Shown: one piece after another, positions 39,067 to 47,982 of the stretch
How positions within the stretch are numbered: position 1 is the stretch's first letter
Layout of the letters: each line of letters starts with the position of its first letter
Source: an uncultured Halobacteriales archaeon
Lineage (GTDB): Archaea > Thermoplasmatota > E2 > JACPAO01
Length of the DNA stretch: 64,000 nucleotides
Direction: 5' to 3'
Assembly: GCA_964408365.1 (NCBI GenBank)
Contig: CAYOZB010000001.1
Location: 2,157-66,156, forward strand
Translations under genes and position numbers: made by a program
Notes under the pieces: generated by a model
The model's database searches: none
What the model was told of the DNA's origin: nothing
The model's input: the letters and a program-made list of their open reading frames with translations, nothing else

Positions 39067-39939
39067 CTAGGGTTCGAATGCTGCGGCTTGTTTGAGAACC
39101 TCGGCGCGCATTTTCTGCGGGCGGGCGTCCTTCGCCAAGCGCTTCTCCAGGTCCGTGAGGTTGTTCAGGAAGGAGAACCGTTTGGCTGCTTTGGCGCATT
39201 CGGGGTTCCAGTCCTTTTGCTGGTTCTTGCCGAGCAGGCGGTTGAGGTTCTTCCAATCCTTCAGCCCGGTGCCTAGTTTTTTGAGAATCAAGGGTGGATC
39301 CAACGACTGGCGGACGCTCCAGAGTTTGGCGGCGGCGAGGAACCGGGCCGGGTCGGCCTTGAAGGGCAGGGAAGCGTATTGGATGACATCGTAGTAGTCG
39401 CGATCGCTTGTCCGTTGCTGGAGGGCTCGGAGCTTTTCCGAAATGGCCTCCACCATCGGAAGGCTTGGCACGTCAACCGGTGTGAAAGGCAGCGATGGGA
39501 AGTAGGATTGTGGGATCTGGGGGGTGGGCCGGGGGTTGAGGAAGGGGGCTTCCCTGTAACTGACGTCGATCGAGAAGTGGTCTTCCGCGTGCTCGTGTGT
39601 GTAGTGAACGTCGCAAGCCCAACTGCCTTCGTCCGTCGTGTGGGCGTTGTCGATCGTAAACGTGATCCCGTCGAACGGCTGCGCAAACGCTTTTCGAAAC
39701 AAGGCCTCGGGATCTTTTTGGATCCCGTTCTGAGTGAAATCGAGGTCTTCGCTGATCCGGCCGAGTCCACCCACAATCATTTTCCGAAGGTACGTTCCGC
39801 CTTTGAACACCAAGAGACGCAGCAATCCGTGCTGGTGTAAGCGCTGAAGGGCATAGGTCAGGACGACGTCTTGTTGGGCGACCTCGACGTCTGTCTGGGC
39901 CTGGTCGGCAAACTTGTTGAGAACCGGGTACGGAATCAA
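39067..39939 (-). CDS. abiEii: AbiEii type IV toxin (nucleotidyltransferase)
   Basis: FKGGT.L, RISEDLDF, EKLRA and RDYYD motifs. Confidence 0.9.
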   Translation of the reverse strand: MIPYPVLNKFADQAQTDVEVAQQDVVLTYALQRLHQHGLLRLLVFKGGTYLRKMIVGGLGRISEDLDFTQNGIQKDPEALFRKAFAQPFDGITFTIDNAHTTDEGSWACDVHYTHEHAEDHFSIDVSYREAPFLNPRPTPQIPQSYFPSLPFTPVDVPSLPMVEAISEKLRALQQRTSDRDYYDVIQYASLPFKADPARFLAAAKLWSVRQSLDPPLILKKLGTGLKDWKNLNRLLGKNQQKDWNPECAKAAKRFSFLNNLTDLEKRLAKDARPQKMRAEVLKQAAAFEP

Positions 39940-40754
39940 CCAATACTCACTTCGCTGAGGATTTCACCCATCGGTTGATTCACTTGCACGTGCCACTGCG
40001 AATCCGTCGGGCCGCCTCGTGGCGAGGAAGGATCAATCTGGACGTAGCCTGCGCCGACACAAGCCGCCAACGTCTTCCGGGCGTTGGTCGGGATGGCAAT
40101 GTCCTTTCTCACGTGATCCAGGAGCCAACCCAAGCGTTGCACCGTACTGTGGCGTCCGAAATGAGTCGCGGCATCCGCTAAACGCTTCCAATTCATTCGG
40201 GGCTTTGCCGCTGCGACGATCTGCGCGGAATTGGAAACGCCTCCCACCAGGTCGGGGCGGTCGACGCATTCCAGGACCGTCGTTTCTTGGTTTGAAAGCC
40301 GAATCTCGACTCCTCGGCGTTCCTGCGTTTCCGCATCCTGGCCCTTGCGTGGCGAAATCACGAACCTGATCTGGACTGGCAAATCCTTGGGGACGCGTTT
40401 GCGCTTCGGGGTCGTGATCACGTACTCTTGGAAACGTTGCTTTAGCAGTCCATGGAGGTTTGCCGCCGTGGAATGGCTGAAGAAGTATGGGTGAACGAGG
40501 CTGCTTCCAATTCGAAACGGGTCGCGATCCGGAATCGCGTCGGGGCCATTCACGCTTGGGTTGACGAGGTACCGGCCCCGGCCGACTCGTTGCAACCAAT
40601 GTTTTTCGTTCAGCCTGTGGGCAAGCTTTCGTGCATGGGTCCGGCTGGCCGAAGTCCAAAGCTGAATCTGATCCAACGTCACCTCGCGCTGGGCCTCTGA
40701 CTCCGCCGTCAGAATGACCTGGGATTCCAAGGGCGACAGACTACGCACACTCAT
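39936..40754 (-). CDS. abiEi: AbiEi type IV antitoxin/regulator
   Basis: N-terminal wHTH (WLQRVGRGRY), S..AA.LHGL, E.TVLE..DRP and QRLGWL; overlaps abiEii. Confidence 0.88.
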   Translation of the reverse strand: MSVRSLSPLESQVILTAESEAQREVTLDQIQLWTSASRTHARKLAHRLNEKHWLQRVGRGRYLVNPSVNGPDAIPDRDPFRIGSSLVHPYFFSHSTAANLHGLLKQRFQEYVITTPKRKRVPKDLPVQIRFVISPRKGQDAETQERRGVEIRLSNQETTVLECVDRPDLVGGVSNSAQIVAAAKPRMNWKRLADAATHFGRHSTVQRLGWLLDHVRKDIAIPTNARKTLAACVGAGYVQIDPSSPRGGPTDSQWHVQVNQPMGEILSEVSIG

Positions 40755-40781
40755 TGGGCGGTTTATCCAACGAGGGCCCTC

Positions 40782-40866
40782 TTATAATCTTTGTAACTAT
40801 AATTACTCAATTAGTAATTTATGGGATATCGTCCGATGTAACTAAAATTACTGAATCTATAATTTT
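40782..40866. promoter_or_regulatory. AT-rich abiE promoter/operator
   Basis: Palindrome AATTACT-CAATT-AGTAATT (40801-40819); direct repeat TGTAACTAwAATTACT at 40792 and 40837. Confidence 0.65.
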
Positions 40867-40925
40867 AGGGATTGGGAAAAATGCGCCCTTTTGCGGACCA
40901 GCTGGGACGGCCCAAACCTACCCAC

Positions 40926-42215
40926 CTAGGCCGGGTTTTTCCGCGCCACGATTGGCAACGCCCGCACGACGTCGACTTCCATCTGTGCCGCATCGGTCTC
41001 CTCGATCCGGAGTTGCTTGGCGAACGCGTCGAGCATCCGACGTTCCTTGATCGTGATCCGACCGTCGGACCAGGCTTCTGCCAACGCGTCACGGTACACG
41101 TCCCGCTTCCGTCCGCCTTCGTAGGAACGTGTTCGCTCCACGGTCGGCAGCAACCGTCCAGCGAACCGTTCCGCCCAGCGTTGCAACGGGTTGAGCGCGA
41201 ACAAGAGAAGGCCGCACGCGATGCCTCCGATGAGGTAGTCTTGGCCGAATTCGTCCTCGAAGAACGCTTCCACCACCTGTGACACGAGGATGAAGACGAA
41301 CGTGAACGAGGCGACGACTTCCCCCCGCGACACGGTGACTTTCAGTCGCAGGTCGATGTCAAACAGGCGGGCGCGGGCGAGGGCATAGGTGAGGACGATG
41401 CCGAAAACGAGGGCGTTGACGGCCGGGAAGTCGACGCGAAAGACGTCGAGCACGCGCGCCAGAAACACCAATCCAAGCAAGGCTCCTACGAAGGTCGACT
41501 TGCCGACGCCGCTTTGTTGTTGTCGGGACGCTGCGCGGATCGCCAACACGGCGAGGAACAAGGCGGCCACTCGTGCGGCCAAGTACAGGGTTTCGACGAT
41601 GGCGTCGGCGACCGCGGAAGCGGATCCGACGTCGGTGAGGTAGTCGATGAGGTTCGCCCAATACGATGGGGAGAGCATCGTGACGGCCTGGCTCAACGGA
41701 TAGACGAGGAACGCCGTCGCGACGAGGATCATGCTCCACGCGCGGGGATCGCGGGGTTGTCGCAACGGGGTTTGGAGGGAACGGAACGCTCCCCACGCCA
41801 GGAGTGGCGTCCACGCGACGGAGATGAGTGTGAACATGGGGCTCTCGGCAGCGCTGCGGTCGCCTGCGTACCACACGCTGAGCGCGCCCGCCCCGACCAG
41901 ACAGGCCCAGCCGATCCAGTTCGCGCGACGAGCACGTTTCGGGTAAAGGCAGAGGAACCAGACCAACGCTGCGGACGCCCAAACGGCAAGATGCGTGTAC
42001 AAGCGCAGGTAATAATCGTCCCGGGGCGGGAGCGTGGAGAAGAGCAATCCCTCGACGAGGTCCCAGATCGCGTTGAGGGTCACAAGGATGGCGAAGCTGC
42101 GGTGCCGCGCGTTGCCGGGCGCCAGCGAGAAGACCCACACGGCCGCGGCGAGTTGGAGCAGGGCGCCCACGGCGTAGGTGAGCACCTGTGGGTCCGTGAA
42201 CTCGGGAGGAACCAC
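40926..42215 (-). CDS. Multi-TM (7TM-like) sensor-type protein with C-terminal helical domain and no catalytic output domain
   Basis: About 9 TMs; 'LFDIDLRLK' and 'RKRDVYRDAL..A..DG.IT' match the pre-kinase part of 45868-47790. Confidence 0.8.
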   Translation of the reverse strand: MVPPEFTDPQVLTYAVGALLQLAAAVWVFSLAPGNARHRSFAILVTLNAIWDLVEGLLFSTLPPRDDYYLRLYTHLAVWASAALVWFLCLYPKRARRANWIGWACLVGAGALSVWYAGDRSAAESPMFTLISVAWTPLLAWGAFRSLQTPLRQPRDPRAWSMILVATAFLVYPLSQAVTMLSPSYWANLIDYLTDVGSASAVADAIVETLYLAARVAALFLAVLAIRAASRQQQSGVGKSTFVGALLGLVFLARVLDVFRVDFPAVNALVFGIVLTYALARARLFDIDLRLKVTVSRGEVVASFTFVFILVSQVVEAFFEDEFGQDYLIGGIACGLLLFALNPLQRWAERFAGRLLPTVERTRSYEGGRKRDVYRDALAEAWSDGRITIKERRMLDAFAKQLRIEETDAAQMEVDVVRALPIVARKNPA

Positions 42216-42326
42216 CTATGCCACCGACCCGAGAAGCATCGTGGCCTACGCCGGGTGCCGCCATTTAACGTGTCGGTCGCGGGCGTTCGCGACGAACCGA
42301 CTTCACCGACGATGAAAAAGAGTCCC

Positions 42327-42608
42327 TTAGGGGCACGCGAGGAGAGGGGGAATGCACGTCGTGCCCCTAGGACCAGGTTCATCGGCAAACGCATCGAGCG
42401 GGCGCTCGCAACCAAGGGGGAGCGGAAGCTGTCCTCGGTTGCGAAGCGCTCGTCGAGCATCATCCACGAAGCGACCGAGCTCGGCAGCGCCGCGTGGGCG
42501 GCGCGCCCGCAGTTGCGTCGCAACGTACGCGACCACGGGGTCGGAGTCGTTCCGGGTTCCTCGCGTCGGCAAGATCGCCGTTCGGAGGGCGCCGATCGTT
42601 CGCATCAT
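42327..42608 (-). CDS. Hypothetical protein
   Basis: 93-aa ORF filling a gap, with a plausible helical core; no recognisable motif. Confidence 0.35.
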   Translation of the reverse strand: MMRTIGALRTAILPTRGTRNDSDPVVAYVATQLRARRPRGAAELGRFVDDARRALRNRGQLPLPLGCERPLDAFADEPGPRGTTCIPPLLACP

Positions 42609-42683
42609 GGGTAAACCAGACCGAGAGCAGATGGAGTATATCGCGCCGCGGAGGGGGTGGGTGAAAGTGGCCGAAAGTGGGGG

Positions 42684-43019
42684 TCAGCCGATGCGGTTCA
42701 TCGCGACGAAAATGAGGATCGTGAACGCCAGGGTCAGCACCAGGAACAGGATTCCTGCCGGGGTCTTCGGAAGTCGCAGGCGTCGTCGCAGGAACCAGAT
42801 GAGCGGCAAAACGAGCCACGCGACGAGGAATCCGATGAGGAGACGGATCAGGATGAAGAACCACACGTCGGCGGCCGCAGAGGAGTCCACGCCAAGGTAG
42901 GCGAGGAAAAGCAAGCTGGCGAGCCCGATGAGGAAGAACAATGCGAGGCTCCGTTTCCTGCGCCGTAGGGCGTCGTACTCGACGAGGTTGTGGAGGTAAC
43001 GTCGGAAACGTCCAGCCAA
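42684..43019 (-). CDS. Small 3-TM membrane protein
   Basis: Three hydrophobic helices with Arg-rich flanks; TTG start chosen downstream of the tRNA-like gene. Confidence 0.65.
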   Translation of the reverse strand: MAGRFRRYLHNLVEYDALRRRKRSLALFFLIGLASLLFLAYLGVDSSAAADVWFFILIRLLIGFLVAWLVLPLIWFLRRRLRLPKTPAGILFLVLTLAFTILIFVAMNRIG

Positions 43020-43074
43020 GGTCGTTCCGGCAAATGCCCGCGCCGCGTAAGGGTTCGCCTTGGAGTTGGAAAGG

Positions 43075-43163
43075 CGTGGGGGCGGGATTCGAACCCGCGA
43101 GGACCGCCTTCGGGATCCATTGGTCCTCAGCCAATCGCCTTTTCCAGGCTGGGCTACCCCCAC
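43075..43163 (-). tRNA. Atypical tRNA-Leu(GAG)-like gene (copy C)
   Basis: GTGGGGG-TA-GCC..GGC-G-ATTGG CTGAGGA CCAAT-long V arm-GCGGG TTCGAAT CCCG-CCCCCAC-G; acceptor/T stack is 1 nt short; discriminator G. Confidence 0.75.
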
Positions 43164-43203
43164 GTTCCGAACGATTTTCTTGCCCCACCACCATGTACTC
43201 GTT

Positions 43204-43305
43204 GGACTCCTGTCCGACTGTGTCCAGCCCTCAGCAGCTGGGCCAGCTCGGGGGTCTTCGGACCCCCGAAGCCTTTCCTTTTTTGGAAACCATGTTTGCA
43301 TGACC
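43204..43305. repeat. tRNA-associated hairpin module, copy C'
   Basis: Three hairpins including GGGGGTC-TTCG-GACCCCC, then a T-rich tract and CCAYGTTTGCRTGAC; similar to 49889-49970 and 50125-50228. Confidence 0.85.
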
Positions 43306-43335
43306 TCTGGCCGGGGTGGACAGGCGACGACAGCG

Positions 43336-43365
43336 GCGTCAGTCAGTTGGCTGGACGCCCTTATG
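43336..43365 (+). promoter_or_regulatory. Putative activator site plus weak TATA, lipoprotein gene 1
   Basis: gtCAGtcAGTTGGCTGG then CTTATG; AGTTGGCTGG begins 46 nt before ATG 43391. Confidence 0.6.
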
Positions 43366-43390
43366 CATGGCCGCGTCCGGTGGGATGGCT

Positions 43391-45049
43391 ATGAACCAAC
43401 TCGTTCGCGGCCCTGGAATGCTCTTTGTCATGCTGATCCTCGCAGGCTGTGCCGGCGCGGGGTCGAACCCTTCGCAGACCGTCGCTCCGGCCGTCTTGGG
43501 GCCCGGCGACGCCCCCGGCCCAGCCCAGACCGCCCAGGCACCGGTCACGGGTCCCTTGCTCACGGTCCCCGTGTCGGGCACATTCACGAGCGACGGCTTC
43601 ATGCCGCCGGACCAGGTGATCTGCTTCGACCCCTCGAACCCTATCGCCCCTCGCCCGGGCGCTTGTGAAGCGTACTTCACGATGTTCCTCAACATGAGTG
43701 GCACCCTCACAGGCCGGATCACCGACATCTTCCACTTCCACGCGCTCGAGAACGGATCGATCGACGCGGAGGGCACACGCGTGTTCACGGGCGCCGTGGA
43801 CAGGTGCGGATCCGGCACCATGTCCCTGCGCCTGGACGGCATCGCTCCGGCGGATCCGAACCCGGAAATGCCCGGGTACACCCACATCAAGGAACCCATG
43901 CAGACGCTCTTGCAAGGATCCACGACGACGGGCCTTGCGGGCGTCATCGACGCGCGGATCCGGTTCGAGTTCAACACGACGAACGGGCCCGGCGGGGTCT
44001 CAAGCATCCCGGACGGCACCGTGACGGGATGGATCCAGTGCCGATCGGCCGGAGACGCCCAAACGTTGTCCAGCCACGACAAGACAACAGCAATCGCGAT
44101 CGCCGGACATTTCACGATGGACGGCGCACAGACGGAAAGCCAAGCCGCCTGCGACGTCGAGACACGGCGTTGCGAGCTCTACCCGGACCTGTTCCTCGAC
44201 CTCACGGGACCGATCGAGGGCCGCATGGTCGACCATGGGCACTTCCACTACCACGACGGGTCGACCGACGGGTCCGTCGACGGATACGGTGAACGCATCT
44301 TCACCGGCACCATCGCCGGTTGCGGTTCGGGTACCCTCACGCTCCTCGTCGACGGCGCGGCCCCGCCCCAGCCCAACCCGCCCAACGCGTTCCGATACCA
44401 CGAGCCATCGATGAAACTCGTCCCGGGGTCAACGACGACCGGACTTTCGGGCGTGATGGACGCCGACCTCGTGTTGGAATGGAACATCACGGTCCAAGGC
44501 ACCATCCGCGACGGCACGGTCACCGGAACGGTCTGGTGCAAGGAGTCCCACGGGAAAGGGACCATCGACCGAGACGAGGGAGCACGCGCGCAGTCGGTCA
44601 CGATGCGGACGATCACCCCCGGCATCCTCCTTCCCAAGGAAGGGAACTGCGCGGTCGATCCTGCCAAGCCCGATGAGTGCGACGTCTACGCGAGCCAATT
44701 CCTCTTCGCAGATGCGCCCTGGGACGCGCTGATCATCGACAACGCCCACCTTCACACCCACCGGAACGGATCGGTGTGGGCGACCGCGGAGCGGCCCTTC
44801 TTCGGCGAAGTGCCTGGGTGCGGCTCCGGCATGATGACGTTCCGCCTCGGCGGCTGGCTCGGCAGCGTGGACCCCGTCCTGGACCAGCCAGGCTACTTCC
44901 ACCTTCGCGAGCCCGCCATGCGGCTCGTCCCGGGATCGACGTCGACCGGCCTTGCGGGCCTCGTCGACGCCGAACTCACCGGCGACTTCGTCTTCACCGG
45001 CCCCGGCGCCGGCACCGACACGTTCACGGGCACCGTCTGGTGCCGTTGA
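43391..45049 (+). CDS. Lipoprotein with three tandem DUF3224-like beta-barrel repeats
   Basis: LAGC lipobox; three copies of FxGxxxxCGSG..GSTxTGLxG..GTVxC, each about 160 aa. Confidence 0.8.
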   Translation: MNQLVRGPGMLFVMLILAGCAGAGSNPSQTVAPAVLGPGDAPGPAQTAQAPVTGPLLTVPVSGTFTSDGFMPPDQVICFDPSNPIAPRPGACEAYFTMFLNMSGTLTGRITDIFHFHALENGSIDAEGTRVFTGAVDRCGSGTMSLRLDGIAPADPNPEMPGYTHIKEPMQTLLQGSTTTGLAGVIDARIRFEFNTTNGPGGVSSIPDGTVTGWIQCRSAGDAQTLSSHDKTTAIAIAGHFTMDGAQTESQAACDVETRRCELYPDLFLDLTGPIEGRMVDHGHFHYHDGSTDGSVDGYGERIFTGTIAGCGSGTLTLLVDGAAPPQPNPPNAFRYHEPSMKLVPGSTTTGLSGVMDADLVLEWNITVQGTIRDGTVTGTVWCKESHGKGTIDRDEGARAQSVTMRTITPGILLPKEGNCAVDPAKPDECDVYASQFLFADAPWDALIIDNAHLHTHRNGSVWATAERPFFGEVPGCGSGMMTFRLGGWLGSVDPVLDQPGYFHLREPAMRLVPGSTSTGLAGLVDAELTGDFVFTGPGAGTDTFTGTVWCR

Positions 45050-45062
45050 GGAGCTTCTGTCC

Positions 45063-45863
45063 ATGCTGAACTTCAGTCGTGGCGTACGCATGGCGGCCCA
45101 AGCCGTGATGAACGGGAAACCACCTGTTGCACCCATGCAACGACAAGGGGCGCCGGATGTGGATTATGCGAGCCTGGCGGACTTTCTGAGCGCCCTTGCG
45201 TACCCGACGCGGCTGGAACTCCTTCGCGTCCTTCGATTCCCGCACATCGCAAGCGAGATCCGGATTGCGCCTCTTCGCGTCGAACGCGGCGAGAACCCCA
45301 GGCGGACCGCCAGCAAGCAGACGATCCAGGCGCACCTCGACAAACTCGTGGATGCTGGCCTGGTGCGGGTAGAATCGTCGGGCGAAGAGGGGAGAAAGCG
45401 ACGCGTGTACAGCGTCAACAGCCAGAAAGTGTACGCGGTCACCGAGGATCTGAGAAAGGTGTCCACCATCTACGCCGGTCGGGGTGCGGTCGGCGAGGCG
45501 ACAGGCACACTGGTCCAGTCGCCGCCTACGAACGATCCACTCCCGGGCCCCCGGCTCGTGCTCGTGCATGGACTCTACGAAGGAAAATCGTTCCCACTCG
45601 ACGAGCGGATCGCGCCTGACGGCGCGTGGGTCATCGGCCGGCGACGCGGGCTGGCCATCTCCCTCGACTACGACCCATACGTTTCTCTCGAGAACAGTGT
45701 CGTCCGTCGCCAAGGCAACCAACTCACGGTCGAAGACCTGCCGGAGAGCAAGAACGGCGTCACGGTGAATTGGGAACCCGTTGCCAAGGGCGCCCGTCGC
45801 GTGCTGAAATCCGCCGATGTGGTGGGCGTGGGGCGTTCGTTGTTGGTCTTCTCGCTGGGATGA
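45063..45863 (+). CDS. wHTH (ArsR-like)-FHA transcription factor
   Basis: 'ALAYPTRLELL..QAHLDKLVDAGLV'; FHA 'IGR...DPYVS.....VEDL.SKNGV.VN'; GAGGAG SD (alternative start 45090). Confidence 0.85.
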   Translation: MLNFSRGVRMAAQAVMNGKPPVAPMQRQGAPDVDYASLADFLSALAYPTRLELLRVLRFPHIASEIRIAPLRVERGENPRRTASKQTIQAHLDKLVDAGLVRVESSGEEGRKRRVYSVNSQKVYAVTEDLRKVSTIYAGRGAVGEATGTLVQSPPTNDPLPGPRLVLVHGLYEGKSFPLDERIAPDGAWVIGRRRGLAISLDYDPYVSLENSVVRRQGNQLTVEDLPESKNGVTVNWEPVAKGARRVLKSADVVGVGRSLLVFSLG

Positions 45864-45867
45864 GACC

Positions 45868-47790
45868 CTAGTGCAACGCGGCCGTCAACGCGCGACGCAT
45901 CTCGGCGGCGCTCGAAAACCGTTTTTCGGGCGCGAGGGCGCGCGCGAACCAGGCCCGGAGCTTCGACGGCTTCACGTTCCCCTTGAAGTCCCGCAGGGCG
46001 CCGACGCGCATCCTGAGCTCGATGGCGCTCTCGTCCGGCAGGCGCTCGATCACGGGGCGTCCCGTGCGGGCCTCGTACATGGTGGCTGCGGCGCTGTAGA
46101 GATCGCTCAACACGGTGAGCCGCTTGCCGCGCGCCTGCTCGGGAGACATGTATTGGGCCGTGCCAGACCCGGAACCCCCGATGGTGGTCTCGAACCCGGC
46201 GAGCTGTGCGATTCCGAAGTCGGCCAGCTTGGCGCGGCCATCGCGCGTCAGCAGAATGTTGCTGGGTTTCACGTCGCGGTGAACGGCCCCTGCGGCGTGC
46301 ACGGCTTCGAGGGCGGCGAGCACGTCATCGGCGATGCGGGCGAAGGCCGAGTCCGAGAGTGGACCGCTCGTTCGAAGCCTCTCGCGGAGTGATCCGCCGT
46401 CCACGTACTCCATCACGAGCACGGTCTGGTCCCGCACGTTCTCGACGTCGTAGATCCTCACGACATTGGGATGTTCGATGGCGGCGGCGGTCCGCGCTTC
46501 GCGGATGACGGCCGCCTGATCGTCGCTCGGGATGGTCTTGAGAACGACGCGACGGTTCATGCGCACGTCGCTTGCGAGGAACGCCTTTCCGCTCCCACCT
46601 GCGCCGAGCTCGCGTTCGACCCGATACTTTCCAAGAATCGTGGCTCCCGGGACGACTTGGGCGGCGCGGTTTGCGAACGGACTGGCCTCGAGCGCGGCGA
46701 GCATCACGTCGTGGTCGCGCTGTGTGAGACCGAGGCTGTTCCTGAACTCACGAAGCGCGGAGGATTGTTTGGAATCCATCTTGCCGTCCGGTCCGAGCGC
46801 GTCGCGCAGTGCTTCTCGGTAGACCTCGACCTTCTTGCGCATGAGGTAGTCCGGTGTCTTGGAGACGCCGGGAAAGAGGCGGTCGGCAAGGGCGTTCGAG
46901 GCTCGTCGAATGGGGGCGATCGCGATCAGCAGTGCGCCGACGGCCGCGCCGCCCACGAGGATCCCGTACTGTTGTAGATACTGCTGAGCGATGGCACTTC
47001 CAAGCACGAAGGCGCCGACGAAGATGGCGACGAGCGCGCTCCGGGCGACGGCCGCCTTGAGCTTGAGGTCAAAGTCGAACAGTTGGTATCGAAGCAAGGC
47101 GGTGGTGACGAGGGCGCCGAACGCCAGCTGGAGGACGACGTTGGCGATGTCGTGCCCAATCAAGTCGTTCGGTTTGAGAAATATGTACGAGAGCGCCGCA
47201 GCGACGCCGACGTCTTGCGTGGTGAAGGCCAGAAGGTAGGCTTTCGCGCGCCGACGAGGCATCGTCCCTGGGACTGTGCGTCGGAAGGCGGAGATGGCGG
47301 CGACCAGCCCAAAAACCACCATGAACAGGTAGACGAAGAGACCCGTCGTGAGAAGGGGACCGGAATCCCAGGCCCAACCGTGCTCCGGCACCAAGCGTCC
47401 GGGGCCGGTCATGACGGTCTGTGGGAAAAGAAAGGAAATGATGCCGGCCGTGGCCGCCACCAGGATGATCGCGACGCGGAACCAAGCGCGGCGCAACAGA
47501 TTCGTCAACGGTGTCTCGAGGGCGTAGCCGAGGAAGATGGGGTAAGAGGCGAGGCCGCCCCACGCCAAGGCCCATAGGGTCCGGGTGGCATTGTAATCGA
47601 GTGTGCGGTCCGGGAAGAGAGTGCCGAACACGCCCGGGGGCACGGAGATTGCCTTGAACACGATCAAGGCCGCGAGCGCGCGGTTGGTGCCGCGGCGTGG
47701 TCCGGCCGCGAGGATGATGCCGGCGAGGACGAACTCGATCACCATCATGACGATGGTGACGATGGCGACCGTCATTGCGGCGCTGACCAT
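45868..47790 (-). CDS. Membrane (7TM-like) Hanks-type Ser/Thr protein kinase
   Basis: About 9 N-terminal TMs; LGAGGSG, VLK, HRDVKPSN, DFG, YMSPE and SDLYS motifs. Confidence 0.93.
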   Translation of the reverse strand: MVSAAMTVAIVTIVMMVIEFVLAGIILAAGPRRGTNRALAALIVFKAISVPPGVFGTLFPDRTLDYNATRTLWALAWGGLASYPIFLGYALETPLTNLLRRAWFRVAIILVAATAGIISFLFPQTVMTGPGRLVPEHGWAWDSGPLLTTGLFVYLFMVVFGLVAAISAFRRTVPGTMPRRRAKAYLLAFTTQDVGVAAALSYIFLKPNDLIGHDIANVVLQLAFGALVTTALLRYQLFDFDLKLKAAVARSALVAIFVGAFVLGSAIAQQYLQQYGILVGGAAVGALLIAIAPIRRASNALADRLFPGVSKTPDYLMRKKVEVYREALRDALGPDGKMDSKQSSALREFRNSLGLTQRDHDVMLAALEASPFANRAAQVVPGATILGKYRVERELGAGGSGKAFLASDVRMNRRVVLKTIPSDDQAAVIREARTAAAIEHPNVVRIYDVENVRDQTVLVMEYVDGGSLRERLRTSGPLSDSAFARIADDVLAALEAVHAAGAVHRDVKPSNILLTRDGRAKLADFGIAQLAGFETTIGGSGSGTAQYMSPEQARGKRLTVLSDLYSAAATMYEARTGRPVIERLPDESAIELRMRVGALRDFKGNVKPSKLRAWFARALAPEKRFSSAAEMRRALTAALH

Positions 47791-47927
47791 TGCTGACCAC
47801 CCACACCGGTCTCGGCCGGTTGTCGACCGACGGGACCCGGTTTAGCGACGCTGCTGGGAAGATATAAGGCCTGGCGGGCCAGCCCCGCTATTGCATGCGA
47901 TCTCTCGTGGCGGTTGCCGGGCTGGGA

Positions 47928-47957
47928 TTGCCAGCGAGTTGGCTGGCAAGCCTATTG
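47928..47957 (+). promoter_or_regulatory. Putative activator site plus weak TATA, lipoprotein gene 2
   Basis: Perfect IR TTGCCAGC-GAGTTG-GCTGGCAA then CTATTG; AGTTGGCTGG begins 46 nt before ATG 47983. Confidence 0.65.
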
Positions 47958-47982
47958 GGAGGGACGCCCACTGGGTCGTGAC

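Noticed and set aside
42326..42371. Inverted repeat CTTAGGGGCACG...CGTGCCCCTAGG as a MITE
   Set aside because: Single copy in the window with no target-site duplication seen. It is probably a simple hairpin.
43124..43130. CTGAGGA (minus strand) as a hammerhead ribozyme core (CUGANGA)
   Set aside because: It is the 7-nt loop of a 5-bp hairpin inside a cloverleaf, and no GAAA/stem II-III arrangement follows. It is an anticodon loop.
42684..43301. 205-aa ORF reading through the hairpin module and tRNA-like gene
   Set aside because: The N-terminal half is not protein-like and the frame is not preserved in the other repeat copies. Only the 3-TM part was kept.
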